From the human T2T-CHM13v2.0 reference genome, Homo sapiens: 64,000 nt of DNA. The position numbers and the translations under genes were made by a program. Below the pieces are notes generated by a model, which did not search any database, was not told the origin of the DNA, and saw only the letters and a list, made by a program, of their open reading frames with translations. The stretch is taken from the NCBI RefSeq assembly GCF_009914755.1, contig NC_060925.1, one strand, 5' to 3'. This document shows positions 45,101-62,416 of the stretch, piece by piece (positions within the stretch are counted from its first letter, which is position 1; each line of letters begins with the position of its first letter).

Positions 45101-46299
45101 ACAGATCAGATCATCCTTCATACCTCTAGTTAACACTAAGGTGAGCCAGTGGCAGGGGAAGTGATTAGGGTTTCAGAATCTGCTGCAGATCAAGGCCTTG
45201 CCCACAGAGGGTCTGGTCAGCCCTGGCTCAGACAGAGGGACCAGGGACACAAGGCAGAGGCCAGGGCTCTCTCCTGCAGTCAGAAAGCCATGGACAGCGC
45301 AGGGTGAGCGGCTGGGCTGGGGCGCCACATTCTGCTTTGGTTCCCAGACTCTTACTGATGCTGCTGCCTCCTCCTGGGATCAGGACCTTCAGGGAAGAAC
45401 AAGAAGAACCATCCCCCACCCCCACCCCAGCTCCCATTCCTCGGAAAGACCAATAACTTGGAACCCATTCCATAAGCTCTTCAGCCCAAAGGCATCCCAC
45501 AAGCCTGCTTTCCCTAAATGAAGATGAGACCACCAGCTGCCTGGGATGTGCCAAACCAACCACAGCTGGTGTTTTCCGCCTGTGCTCACAGCTTCACCAG
45601 CTCTTCTAGGACACCTGCAAGTGACTTGCATGGAAAATCTTGGCCTCAAAAGCAGGTGTTTCTTTTTGTTCTACGAACCCTTTCCTGCTCCATTTTCTGT
45701 CCTCATTTTTTTTCCTTCTTCATTTTAACTTCATTGATCTAGAAAACATCTATTTTTTTTTTGCCTAGAAGACAAGTGAGTTTACAAAATCTGGACTAAT
45801 ACATTAATCAGTGAAATGAAGCCCAACATTGAATGGACTCCTGGATCACAGGTCATATGTGAAAATGTGGGCTTGCAACTGGCAGGGGTGAGCATTTCAG
45901 TGGTTAAAATACTGAGATACAGAGAAATGTTTTCTCCTATGGTTAAAAGTCCCAGACTTCCTTCCTCTCTTGGAAATAAAACTCCATCAGCCCGTGAAAT
46001 AAATCAGTGATGCCATTGTGTCTCATCGCCACATGGAAAGGATCTCCTGTCATCATTGCCACTGGGTGTGCATAATTAGAGTCATTTCTTTCACCCTCTT
46101 GAGAAGAAAAGTGGAAGAAAGACCTATTTCATGAAGATGAGAAATTAACTAGAGTGGTTTGAAGAGTTGCCCGAAGTCATCTGGCAAGAGATTAGGACTG
46201 TAGTCCAAGCTGAATGTTCTCCAAATCTCTCCCAGTGGCTTGGCCAGGTGATGGTCTCCTTTCACCTTGGCCCTAAAAATCCAGCTACTTGACCTCAAA

Positions 46300-46960
46300 A
46301 CTACACAGTAAAAATGCTAGAGGCAAGATCCACAAATGTGTCCTGAGTCAGTGGGAAAGGGCCAAAGAGGAAACAGGGTATTTGCATCATCTCAAAGTAT
46401 CTCCTCAGTTGTATTTATTAATTACAATGGGAAAATCAGCAGCTTTACTGTGGAGAAAGCTGACAGGCACCACCTTAACCGAGAGATCAAGAGCAACACA
46501 ACTAGCAATAAGGCATATTGGCATATGTGCCCCCTGCTATGATGTACAGGAAGGGCACATCGCCCCTGTGGCATTTTTGCCAAAAATGGATAACCTCATT
46601 CTAATCTTGAGAAAGCATCAGATGAACACAAATTAAGGGGCAGTCTACAAAATACCTGGTAAGTACTCTACAAAGCTGTCAATGTCATAAAAGACAAGGG
46701 AAGAGTAAAGGATTGTCAAAGATTGACTAAGACAATATGGGATCCTGAGCTGGATCTTTGGACAAACAAAGGACATTAATGAAAAACGGGTGAGATCTGA
46801 ATCAAGTTGTAGTTAATGGCACTGCCCCAGTGTTAACGTTTTAGAGCTGTGGTTGTTCAAGACAGTAACCCTAGAGGAAGCTGGGTGTGTGGGAATTCTC
46901 TGTATTGTTTTTCCAAGTCTTCTGTAAATCTAAAATTATTTCAAAATAAAAAGTTTTAAC
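46300..46960 (+). mobile_element. Old L1MC/ME-like 3' fragment
   Basis: Ends ctgtaaatctaaaattatttcaaaataaaaag. Confidence 0.6.
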
Positions 46961-47330
46961 AAAAAATCTAACCCCTAACTAGAGTAATTCCACTGGGTCC
47001 CATCAAAGGTGGTGGGATTGTGTCCGGAAACCTGTGCACACCGGATCAGTCATCAGAGGAAGGAGCAGCCTCACACGTACAAGGCCATGATGCTTCGATG
47101 GAAGGCTGAGGTTTGGCATGGACACCCCCGGATTGTCTGGGACCATCTGAGGAGATCACTGATCTGTGAGGAGGAGGAGGATGGTTGAGGAGGAAGACAG
47201 CAGCTGAGGTGGGGAGGGGGTGCTGACAAGAGGAAACACTGAAGGAAAGGATGTGGATGTGGCTGTGCCAGGAGAAGGTGGCCTGGTCCAATGCTTGGAT
47301 TCTTTTTCCTCTAGTAAAGAATATACTCCA

Positions 47331-47652
<322 letters not shown>

Positions 47653-47880
47653 CTATACACACTCTGAGGCCAGAGGGCCAGGGCTGGGGTTTCAGAAAGC
47701 AGATTTCTGGACCGTGGTGTCCCCTGTCCCATTCTTTTGGGACACATACCAGGGCACCAGGGAGCTCTGCTGGCCTTGTCAGCATGGCCGTGAGCTACTG
47801 AGTGACAGGAAGCTCCCTGGCAATCACAGCGGAGCCTCTGGAATGTTTCTTCCGAAAGGAAATCTGTGCTTTGAGCCTTA

Positions 47881-48744
<864 letters not shown>

Positions 48745-50721
48745 TCAGCGGAGAGAGAAAACCGCTGCCTTCCTGCGTCAGGGGCTCCCATGACTGGGTT
48801 GGATGTTTCTAAAAGCAGCACCTTCTCCCAAGTCTCCCCAGACAAGTTATATAGACTGCATCGTGTTCCACAGCTCTGCAGAGCTCTTTAACAGAGAAGA
48901 GCTCAACACTGGCAAGACACAGAGCTCGAACAGTCCTGTTTCCAAGTCATCACACCACAGCCCACTCATATTTGGGGGTGTGGCCAGTCTTAAGATACCT
49001 ACAGAGGTCCTGAGGGATTATGCATTGGGCCAGATCAATTCTGCTGCTGCTGACAGCAGAATCATCCATTTACATCAATTTTCAGAGGGATCATTAAGAA
49101 CCAGAATGATGTTGAAGGACTACGGGCTTCATTCAACCAATGGACATTTACCAAAGGCTTGCGATGTGCCAAGCACCGCGCTACCTCCTGGAAATGCAGT
49201 TGAGAAGATGTGAGGGAGGCAGACACCTGAGCCAAGTATCAGGGCCTGGAGTGGTAAGGGCCACATTGAGTCCTCACAGCAACTGTGAGCAGCGGATATG
49301 TCATTATCTTCATTTTACAGATGAGGAAACTAAAGCAGGGAAAGGCTAAATAACACACCCCAGACCCATGGGAGAAAGACAGAAAGCCAGGCGATCTGAC
49401 TCTACAATCCCCAGTGCACACGCCCAGCAATTCTGTGTAAGCCTTCTTGTTCCACAGCCAAGGGGGCGGGTCCGAATCACTCAGTGCTGCTAGGTAGGAG
49501 GTGGGCCAGGAGGGCTATCCATTCAAACTGGCAGGCTTCTGGTCCAGCACAGAGGGTCACAGCAGGCTCCTGTTGGAGGTGATGCTCCAGACCCAGGTCT
49601 CACAGCGTTGGAGGCACTGACCCAGGACCACCCCAGGCAGAAAGCTAGCCTGGCGAGGTATGGAGTTGTGAGTGAGCACCAGCTCAGCAGGGAGGCTGCA
49701 TGGAGCTCCACCTGGCAGGAGAGAGAGTGCAGGATGGAGAGAGGAGGAGAGAAGGAAGCAGGCCGGGTGGACGGGGCCGGGGCATGCAGAGCTAAGGACT
49801 GTAGGCCCAGCTAAGGACTGGCCCTTTAACTGGAAAGGGTGGGAGGACTCAGACCACAGGGCTGAAAGTCAACCACCACCCTCCCAACCCCGACATTTTA
49901 TCCAAGGGAAATAGGATGTTCCCATGAGGGCAACATGTGTAAGGGACGGGTGGCCACACTGATGCCGCCTGGCAGGACGTTGGGAAATGACTCTGGCTAT
50001 GTGCCTCACACATCGCCTGGGAAGGTGGCTCCTCCACAGGGACCGCCCTGAGTCACCCTTGGGCCCCAGCAGCTGAACTGCCACATGCTAACTGGAGGTG
50101 CTGCCTCCTTGGTCTTCCTAAGCAGGGGTGAGCCTGGGGCTGCTCTGAGCTGAGCCTTGAGCCCAGGCCAGGATCTATCCTGGAAAGAGAGCATTTCCGG
50201 CTATGCGGCCTGAGGAGAAGATTGCGCAGTGATTAGGGTGTCTATTACAGAATCACTGCACAGTGGCTGGGTAAGGTGATTACTGTCTTTCGCTGCTATC
50301 TGGGCTTGCATCTTGCAAAGGCCGTGCAGCCCAAGGGAAAAAGCATGCCTTTGGAGCTGGAAATTCAAGTTCAGATGGAGGCTCTGATGTCTATTAGCTA
50401 TGTGACCTCAGCTAATTGATGTAACCTCTCAGAGCTTCAGTTCCCTCATCTGGAAAATGGGAATTCTGGCACCCACATCACAGGTCTGCTCCTAGGAACG
50501 AATGAGGAAGATCATGGAAAAGGCCCGGATGGTGCCTACCCTTCAATGGGGGACTGGCCATCGACCTTTCCCCCTTCCTCCTTGAGGACGAAAGCCCTAC
50601 ACTGCTCCTGCTTCTGCGATGACCCCCAGGGGACACTGGCCCTTTTGAGCCCTGGGGGGCGAACAAGCCCCATGGTGGTCTTCTTCCCCTTGTGGGTGGC
50701 CTGCTGAGACTCGGACCTGTC

Positions 50722-50729
50722 TGACGTCA
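50722..50729. promoter_or_regulatory. Full CRE palindrome TGACGTCA
   Basis: Motif present; function untested. Confidence 0.4.
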
Positions 50730-51395
50730 TTCTGGCAAATGAAATGTGAGGGGGTTGCTAGGGGACTGCAGGGAGGGGAGCAGTGGGTCTAGGAAGGTTT
50801 CCTTCACTTTTCAAAAGAAACAATGCAGAGATTTCTACTTTTTTTCTATCCCTTTAAAGAGCACACAGACGCTCCACCCTGTCACCTCGGTAGTGTACGG
50901 CCGGTTGTGGGAGCCAGGCCTGGTGAATGTTCACTGTAGGCCTCCTTCCACCGACTCTGTTTGGCGGCCATAAAAATGATTACAATTAATGTGCTGTCCT
51001 CTGCCAGATTTCCTTCTGGCTCTTCTCAACACCCAGTTATTATTACTACTTTATGGCAAGACTTCTCCTTTATTGTAACAAATGGTACCCATATCACTCA
51101 CTGACTGAGGTTCAGGCACAGGGAGTTCCAGTGTGACATGACACTGATTTCTGCCAGCTGCATCCTGAGTGCCATCAGGAAGCTGGGGCAGTGAAGCTGG
51201 GTGCTGGCTCAGTCAAGGTCCACCTCCTACAGGCAGAAAAGCCCCACAGGCACAGCCCTGCCCATGTACAGCCACGTCCTCCAGGGGTTATTTTGTTTTT
51301 AAGTTTTTTTTTTGGGGGGGGGGGGTTGGTGTGGATAAAATGTATGTACATTGAAATGCACGCATCTACACCTCTATCAAGATACAGAACATTCC

Positions 51396-51710
51396 AGCCA
51401 GGCGCAGTGGCTCACATCTGTAATCTCAGCACTTTGGGAGTCCAAGATAGAAGGATTACTTGAAGCCAGGAGTTTGAGACCAGACTGGGCAACATAAGGA
51501 GACCACATCTCTACAAAAAATAAAAAACAAAATTAGGCAGGTATAGTGGTGTGTGCCTGTAGACTTAGCTATTTGGGAGGCTGAGGTGGAAGAAGGATCA
51601 CTTGGGCCCAGGAGGTCAAGGCTGCAATGAGCCATGACTGCTCCACTGCTGCACTCCAGCCTGGGTGACAGAGCAAGACCCTGTCTCAAAAAAAAAAAAA
51701 AAAAAAAAAA
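51396..51710 (+). mobile_element. Alu (J-like)
   Basis: Alu similarity; degenerate TSD gata(c/t)agaaca. Confidence 0.88.
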
Positions 51711-52003
51711 GGATATAGAACAGTCCTGCATCTCCTCAGGAAAAAATGGGTATATGTGTTCTCAATCACAGATTTATAAAGTCGTTATTTGCAGCAGAAG
51801 CCTCATTTAAGCCTAGTTGAAGATTTAAGGGAAAACAACAAAAGCAACTCCCCACTCCTATGTGGGCTAATAATACAGGCCAAAAGAGAGGGGTTTTCTT
51901 TTGCTCTCTATTCTCTTAACTGTCTTGAGGCTCTCAATCTTTCCTCCAACTCATTTTTAGACATGAGCCCAATCACGACCCTTGAACCCTAAAGAGGCTT
52001 TCA

Positions 52004-52011
52004 TGACGTCA
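52004..52011. promoter_or_regulatory. Full CRE palindrome TGACGTCA
   Basis: Motif present; function untested. Confidence 0.4.
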
Positions 52012-52588
52012 CAGGTAACTGAAAAGTTGTAATGTGGGAAGGGGCTTCCGATGCTTCAGGCTCCTGCCACAAGACCAGCCACTTTGACAGCAAGCCCTGC
52101 TCTTAGTAAGTTGTCTTCAGTGAAAACAGAAACAGAATCTAAGCCAATTTCACCTAACAAAGGGGCAACACATTAACTTCCATGGAACAGTCTCCTAAAA
52201 GCACTAGTCATCTTTGCTAGCCCTATCCATCCCATTGTTCTAGCTACTTTCATGTACTGAAATTCTATTTTTAGACCTGGAGTTTCACCTTCTGTGATGT
52301 GGAATGAAAATATGAGAACTATTTCCACAGACCTGGAACTCCAGCAGCTTGGCAGCGATGATAGAGGTGACCACCATTACAGACTTCTAAGTAATGGACG
52401 TTCACAGTGGAACCGCTGGCAGGTCAAATGGTGTCCCCAGCACGCCCTACTTTCACTTGGCTGGTTTAGGACATTGACAAACTGTGAATTTCGCTCCAGG
52501 CAGCCATTCTTTTTATATCTGTCTTTGCTCTCTTTTCATGGGGCTACAAGATGGACTCTTTGGGTTCATCTGTCCAGCCAGTTTCTTT

Positions 52589-52742
52589 TTTTTTTTTTCT
52601 TTTTTAAATTTTATTTTTATTATACTTTAAGTTTTAGGGTACATGTGGACAATGTGCAGGTTTGTTACATATGTATACAGGTGCCATGTTGGTGTACTGC
52701 ACCCATTAACTCGTCATTTAGCATTAGGTATATCTCCTAATG
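52589..52742 (-). mobile_element. Short 5'-truncated L1PA 3' end with TSD cagccagtttcttt
   Basis: L1PA 3' UTR with GAG rather than ACA at the Ta-diagnostic site. TSD at 52575-52588 and 52743-52756. Confidence 0.9.
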
Positions 52743-52759
52743 CAGCCAGTTTCTTTAGC

Positions 52760-52961
52760 TAAGGTTCTCAGCTGGGAACCCCTGGGTATACGTGGCAACG
52801 TCTATAGACATTTTGGGCTGTCACGACTGGGGAGGTGTTCCAGCATCTGGTGGGTAGAGGCCAGGATGCTGTTGTATATCCTACAAGGCATAGGACAGCT
52901 CCTCACCACAGAGAATTATCTGGCTCGAAATGTCAACAGTGCTAAGGTGGAGAAACCCTGA
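52760..52961. mobile_element. MER20-like hAT element
   Basis: ggttctcag...gacattttgggctgtcac...aaggtggagaaaccctg. Confidence 0.75.
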
Positions 52962-53044
52962 GCTACGCTAGCTGGCTGCTGGAATGACTGGCAGCACTGA
53001 GTTGATGGTGTACAATGACAAAGCGTCCAGGCTCGGGCATCTCA

Positions 53045-53220
53045 GAACTGGGAGAGTTACTTCCCAGCCACGTGACCTTGGGCAAGTTACTTAAGGCCTC
53101 AAAAACCTCACTTTGCTCATCTGCAAAATCGGGGCTAACAAGGTTACCATGAGGGTTAGCTGAGCTAACTGTTGATAAACGGCATACATAGTGCAGTGCC
53201 TGGAATATGACAAGCGTGTA
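53045..53220. mobile_element. MIR
   Basis: gtgaccttgggcaagttactt...ctcatctgcaaaat core. Confidence 0.7.
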
Positions 53221-53221
53221 A

Positions 53222-53778
<557 letters not shown>

Positions 53779-55952
53779 TGAAGCACTCACTGCCAGCCCA
53801 TCAGCAGCAGTGGCTGGTGGAGTTGTCGATGGTGGTTATTTCTACTTTTGTGTTAAATCGGCGCCCACAAGTCAGCCTCTGCCACTCAACTGTAAACCCC
53901 TGGTGGGCAGGGTCTGTGTCCTGCTCATGCTTGTAGCCCACCACTCCAAGGATTGGGCACAGGCCTTTCCTGGAGTAGACATCCAACCAATATTTCCAGT
54001 GTGAAATAAGGCCCTGAAAGAGGTAAACCCTCTCTCAGATGAAGTACTTTGCTGGCATGATTTGAGGATTTGTCATGCTTGCTGGTAGAAAATCTCATTC
54101 TCACTCATCTAGACCCCAGATTTAAGCAAGCAGCTTACAGTCTCCTGGAGCTATCCCTGCAGATGACTGGCATGTTTACTGAGCATTCATATAGAGACAG
54201 CTCTGAGAGGAGCACTTAGAGACCAGCTCTCCATCTCTGCAACTAAGCTGTTTAGCCTCACTCCATGTTCCACGGGACCCAGGGCCCAGAAAGGGATGTT
54301 CAAAACTTAATAATTCAAAAAAAAAAAAAAAGTTAAAACAACAAGATCCCATTCCTCCCCACTGCCAACAAACTTCCAAACTTTTTTTTAAAAAAAAATT
54401 ATATAATCAGTCCTGATAGGCTATTGACAAACAGCTGCTGAAATACAAATTTGTACAACTTTCTGAAAGGTCATTTGCCTTTTATATATCAAGAATCTTG
54501 AAAGCATGTTTACTGTTACTGAGAATATAGCAATTACACAAACACACATGCTCCTCAGAATGCTATAGTGAATAGCAAGCTATGTGAAGTCATCTAATCC
54601 AGTAACAGGGGACTGTGAAAATAATTTATATACCTCCACAGGATGGAATACCTCGTAACCATGAAAAATCACCTTCTTCAAGGATATTTGAAAATAAGAG
54701 AAAATGCTCACCATCACCTAAATGAAAAAAGGAGGACAGAAAACCATAGGAGCCAGAAGCCTATTTCAAAAATTTGCTGTATACAACCAAAAATTACTGG
54801 AAGCAAATATACTAAAAACATCAACAGTGATTGTTTCTGATGGTTAGATCATGTGTTTCTAATTTCATTCATTATATTTTCTGGATTACCTCTACTACTC
54901 AGGGAAAAAAAAAAAAAAAGAGAAGCTAATTGATTTGTTTTGAGCAATGGCTTCATTGGTTCTGCCTCCCCAGTGCAGCCACAAAGAGCTGCCAGATTCC
55001 AGCCTCAGGTCTAGGTGCAGTCTGTGCTCCCAGTGGACAGTTCCACTACCACTCATCGACTGAAAAACTGACAGTCTCAAAAAAGCCCGGGGACTTGTGT
55101 CACCCAGTGACAATATCCCTGGCTAGCCCCACTCTGTGTTTTCCCTAACCCCACTACTTACTCTCCTCCCCAATTCCTGGTAAATGACACAGACCTTGAA
55201 TCTATCCTCCCTGTCCTCATGAAGCCCAACCTGTGCCTGTGATGAACGCAGTGGCCATTAGCAAAATTCTAATAAATGCACTCATTTGTGGGAAACTCGC
55301 TGCCAAAGCCCACAAGACTTGTACAACTAAATCTGACAGCATAATGCGGGACCCTGAAGAACCCGCGAGATGCTGCTTAGGAACATCAGCTGCGCCTGAC
55401 CTCCCCGTGCATCAGCTACGTTGAGGGCGGGAGCAGCCGAGTTTCCAAATGCACACGGCCTCTCCCCGGTGTCACTGCCTGTATTCTCTGGCTGTCTTCC
55501 TTCCCCCTGCTCTCCTTTCAGTCCTGGACTGTGGGCAGTGAGGGTGTTCCCTGTTCGGGCTGCACTAGTCAACACCAAAGCAAGACAGAGCAGGGGTCAC
55601 ACTGGGAGAAAGAGAAGCAGAGTCAGAGGCCCTGGACCCAGTGCTGCCCGGAACTGAAACCTGCCTTGGCTTCGGCTTCTTCATCTACAAACCAAGAATC
55701 AGAGGTTTCTACAATGTTTTATTTTAGGCGATGGAAGCTCTTTTTAAAATATAATATTGTATGTAACATCCACAGACAAAACGAGATGTGCTTTGGTTGA
55801 AGAGATGGCTCCAGAGGCAGAACTCCACCTGGTCATCCTCCCCCAGCAAGGGCCCCTGACACTCTCCAGGGAACTAAGGCAGTCAGAGGGACACTGCACC
55901 AGATGAGCGCCCGTCAGTAATCCCTCAATTCTCTAAGTCTGAGGCATGCTTA

Positions 55953-56417
<465 letters not shown>

Positions 56418-57778
56418 TCACATCGTCTCCACCTTAGGGAAGAAAGGCTTAAAGGGGTTAAGTGCTACGCCTCAGATCACCCAGCTAGTACAGACTCTCA
56501 GCGGGTCTTCCCCACGTAAGCGCTACATAAGTGGGCCATTTTCTACAACCATGTGTGAAATTCATTACATCCCCCTGACCAATTTCTTCCTCTGGTCTAA
56601 CCCATCCTATCCATTTTCCCAAGACCAGTGGTTCAAAACCTTTAATGTGCTGAAGAATCGTCTGAAGTGCCAGTTTAGAAAGCTGATCCTTGAGCTCCAC
56701 CACTAGAGGTTCTGGGCGCAGAGATCACAGGCACAACCTAGGAATCTGCATTTTAAACAAGCAGGCTGGGGCAGGGGGCAGGGGGCTGTTACAAGTGGTC
56801 TATGGGAGACACTCTGCAGACTGCTGTGTTTAGACCCTGGCTACTCAGGGTGGGCCCTGAACCAGCAGGATCACCATCACCTGAGAGCTCACTAGAGAGG
56901 CAGAACCTCAGGCTCCGCATCTCCATCTCACGGAATCAAATCTGCATTTTAGCCCACCGCCAGTCAGTTTTGGTGCACATTACAGTTTGACTGTAAGATT
57001 CTCATGGGAATTGTTCTGAGCTCCCTAAGCAGGGATTAATCAGGTACAGTTTATATGGGGACGTCATTACTGTTCTCATCAGACACGGCGAGGGAGGGCA
57101 AGCACTAACTGTAAATGGGGAAGTAGAGGCACCATTTGAGGTCTTGGCCCACAGACATCACTGTCTATAAGGTGCAGTCCCTGCCCTCAGGAAACTGGCT
57201 TGGGATCTTGGCTAAAGCCGCAGGTTGACACATGTTAATGTTAAATCCTACAGACTAATGTTTCTCCAAAACTCTTCATATACTTCAGTTAGCCAAAAAA
57301 CCCCACAGATCACTTTCCCCACCTGCTCTCATTCTCTGCACACAGAAGACACCAAAAAGAAAGGAAAGATCGCTTTCCACGATCAAGACAAAAACTCTGC
57401 TGCCTAAACTGCCTACACACAGCAGCGGGGCCATCCTCACAACCCTCGTGGTGGATCCGCTGCCTCTACTCAAACACTCTTTGGCCAGAGGGAGTGCATG
57501 GGTTAATAGGGCAGCCCTTCCCCTCACCAGCAGTCCTAAGTGCCAGAGAGAAAGCTTCCCTCATAGTGAGCTGTATAGTGGTTTCCAGACCTTTCACTAA
57601 CTCAGCTTCCCTGCTTTGTATTTGCTCTCAGATGTCTATGACTCTCTTGATTTGCGGTCCCCAAAATTGAACACACCATTCTGGATGTATTTTGATAAGT
57701 GTCAGGTCCAAAGGGGCAATTATCTCCATGATCAGAATAATCCCCTTCTACTATTCACTCTAAGAATACATTTTCTGG

Positions 57779-58068
57779 AGGCAGGGCGCAGAGTGGCTCA
57801 CACCGGTAATCCCAGCACTTTGGGAGGCCCATGTGGGCAGACTGCTTGAGCTCAGGAGTTTGAGAGCAAGCCCGGGCAACGTGGCGAAACTGTCTCTACA
57901 GAAAAATACACAGAAAATTATCCGGGAATGGTCGTACATTCCTGTACTCCCAGCTACTTAGCGGGCTGAGGTGGGAGGACCCCTTGAGCCCAGAGGTCAA
58001 GGCTGCAGTGAGCTGTTTGTGTCACTGAGCTCCAGCCTGGGTGACAAAGCAAGACCCTGTCTCAAAAC
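57779..58068 (+). mobile_element. Alu (J-like)
   Basis: Alu similarity. Confidence 0.85.
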
Positions 58069-58749
58069 ATTTTCTTGTAGCAACTAATTCTGTTGGGCTT
58101 ATATAAGTGTGTGATTGACTAAACCCCAAAGTTTATACATACATGAATTTCTGTGAAGACAGATGTCCCTAATCTTGAACATGTGGAATTAATGTTTTTA
58201 AGCCTATGTACAAAACATTATTTCTACTAAATTTCCCTTTATGCATTTTGGCCCATATTTCCAGGCTGCTAAAGTATTCTGAATTTTGATTCAGTTATGT
58301 AACATATTAGTTACTCCAGCTTTGTGCTATGGAGATACTTTCTAGGTGTGCCTTCTATGTCTGTGTCTTTGTAAGGTTGTTTTTGGTTTTTGCCTTTAGT
58401 TGGCGAGTTCTGGGTTTGTTGACTCTAATAAGTAAATTATTAATTAACGTCTCAAAGTTTCTAAATAAGCATATTACTGCACAAGGGACAACATGGTGAT
58501 TAAGAAAATAGACTTTGCATGTAACAAGCCTACACATGTACCCCCAAATCTAAAATAAAAGTTGAAATTATAAAAAAAGAAAGAAAATAGAGGTTGAATC
58601 ATTAGACAAATGAAATAAAGAGAGGAAATGTTTATAGCTTATATCACAGATAAAAAGCTAATCATCCTCATCTGTAAAGAACTAGTTAAAAAAAAATCAA
58701 GAGAAAAAAAACAGATGAAAACCCAGAATAAAAAAGTGGCCGTAAGACT

Positions 58750-59156
58750 ATTATGGTTTGAATGCCTGTACCTTCTGAAACTCACGTTGAAACTTAACCT
58801 CCAATAGGCAACATGGAGAAGTGGAGCCTTTCTAAGAGGTGACTGGGTGATGAGGGCTCTGCTCTCGTGAATGGAATAACGCATTCATGGATTGATGGGT
58901 TATCACGCAGTGGGACTGGTGGATTTATAGGAAGAGGAAGAGAGACCTGAGCTAGCACTCAGCCCCCATCCATGTGATGCCCTGTGCCACCTGGGGATTC
59001 TACAGCGTCCCCACCAACAAGAAGGCCCTCACCAGAGGCAGCCCCTCAACCTTGGATATTTTAGCCTCCATCACTGTAAGAAATAAATTCCTTTTCTTTA
59101 CAAATTACCCAGTTTCAGGTATTTTGTTATAAGCAACAAAAAATGGACAAAGACAA
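58750..59156 (+). mobile_element. MST-like MaLR solo LTR
   Basis: tattatggtttgaatg...aattacccagtttcaggtattttgttataagcaacaaaaaatggac. Confidence 0.8.
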
Positions 59157-59430
59157 AGACCTAAACACAGAGTTCACAGAAAGATATGCCCATGGTACTC
59201 AAACACTGAAACAATACCCAATTTCACTGAAAATAAGAGAAATCCATGTTAAAACTACACTGAGATGCCATTTCTTTCTTTTCAGACCAGGAAATTCCAA
59301 AGGTTGGCAGCACTCTCTGCAGGCAAGGCATTGGGGAAACAGGCACTCTCCTACACTTCCAGTAAATGCAACTGGCAGAACCCTAGGGAGAGGAATTGGG
59401 CAAAGGTAAAAATACTAAGTGTATGCACCC

Positions 59431-59854
59431 TGTCTTAGTCTGTTTGCATTGCTATAAAGGAATAACTGAGGCTGGGTAACTTATAAAGAAAAGATGTTTA
59501 TTTAGCTCATGGTTCTGCAGGCTGTACAATTATGGTGCAGCATCTGTCTCTGGTGAGGGCTTCAAGCTGCCTCCACTCATGGCTGAAAACAAAGGGGAGC
59601 CAGTGTATGCAGATCACATAAGGAGAGGGGAGCCAAGAGAGGAAAGGAGGTACCAGGCTCTTTTCAACAACCCATTCTAGTGGGAACTAAGAGTTAGAAC
59701 TCACTCACTCCCACAAGAATGGCACCATGCTGTCCTCCATGAGGGATCTACCCCACAACAAAAACACCTCCCACCAGGCCCCACCTCCAACACTGGGATC
59801 AAATGTCAACATGAGACTTGGCGGGGCCCCCAAAACCATATCCAAACCATTGCA
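59431..59854 (-). mobile_element. MSTB-like MaLR solo LTR nested in old L1 (5-bp TSD caccc)
   Basis: tgtcttagtctgtttgcattgctataaagg...atccaaaccattgca. Confidence 0.8.
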
Positions 59855-59959
59855 CACCCTTGGCCCAGCAACTCCATATCTAAGCATCTACCCTGAAGAT
59901 ACAAATTCACAATACGAAATAACAGGTGGACAAGGTTATTTTATCCACTGAGGCCCTAG

Positions 59960-59963
<4 letters not shown>

Positions 59964-60001
<38 letters not shown>
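59964..60001. repeat. A38 homopolymer
   Basis: Read directly; not attached to an Alu. Confidence 0.9.
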
Positions 60002-60003
<2 letters not shown>

Positions 60004-61172
60004 GGAAATAAGTGAGAAAGAAGTTGAAATGAGAATACATACACACACAAATATATATAAATATGTTTATTTAAAAAGAAATATAGGAAAGATACATCAG
60101 AAATTAAGAGAGAGAGAAGTAAATTTCTCTATTTCTTTATAGTTTTGATTTCTGAACCATGTAAATATTTTACACACTAAAAATTTTAAATAAAAAATGT
60201 TATAAAAAGTAAACATAAACTTGACTGTAGACAGAAAAAAGCCTAATGTAAATCAGATTAATGATATAACCATAAAGAGAAAAAAATTAAGTTTACTAAG
60301 TTTACTTAGTAGGTTAGATGTTGGTAATGGCATTGCAATTTTATACCTATTGGACTGTAGGGCAATTGTGTATAAATGCTTTTGTTTGAACTATAACCAC
60401 GCTTATGTTGGGAACCAAGTATTTTACTGTGGGAGATAAACGATACAAATTACAGAATGGGGGGAGGTGAGAAAACACCTTGTGTTAGATTGGTGATTGG
60501 ACGTATCAGTATGAACTCACTATTCAAGCATAAATATAAGAATTAGTCTGAAGAAATTCCCCAAAATGCAGTCAGAAAGATTAAGAAATTGAAAATATAA
60601 AAGGTGAATGAAAACAAGACTAGGAAGCACTTCACAAGGTATAATGACTTTATCCAAGCAAAGGATAGCGTTGTTCACTTACTATGGGAGTCTCCTCTGG
60701 CAACATGGTGGATGTCACTGATGTGAACATGTTTCTTATTTCAAATGCACAGAAAAGCTGGATTAAATATAACCCCAAATTTAATTTTTTAAAAAAAGTC
60801 AAACTTGAAAAAAGAAAGAAACCTACAGGTAACAGAGAAAAAACTAAAAGGCAGAATATTAACCTCACACCTGTAACCAGAGGGTATTAGATCTATTATA
60901 GTTTAAGTCCCCTAGGGCAGAGGTTTTTAGGTGGCAGAATGACTTTGGGCCCTACAAGGCAGAGAACTGGAACCAACATCCTACATAAAGAGTAGGTTCT
61001 AGAAGGGATTTCTCCTTCATGGAAAAGGGATTAGAAAGCTCCTCCCACTGGCATAGGAAAGTGGCAAAAATATAGTCATTTAACTTGAGGCTCTGGGCAG
61101 GGTACCAACATTTTTTTCCATGAGAAATCAAACATTAAGACATGCTAATGAGGGTTCTAAATTTATACATTC

Positions 61173-61498
<326 letters not shown>

Positions 61499-61629
61499 CT
61501 ACAGAAATCCAAGTTAATAAACCCATGTAAAAATTAATGCTGACAGAAGTAAATCAAAATAGCTTTATAAGGAATTTATAAGGAATACAAACAAGAAAAT
61601 ACCTGATGAAAGTGAGCACATAGCATTCA

Positions 61630-62416
<787 letters not shown>

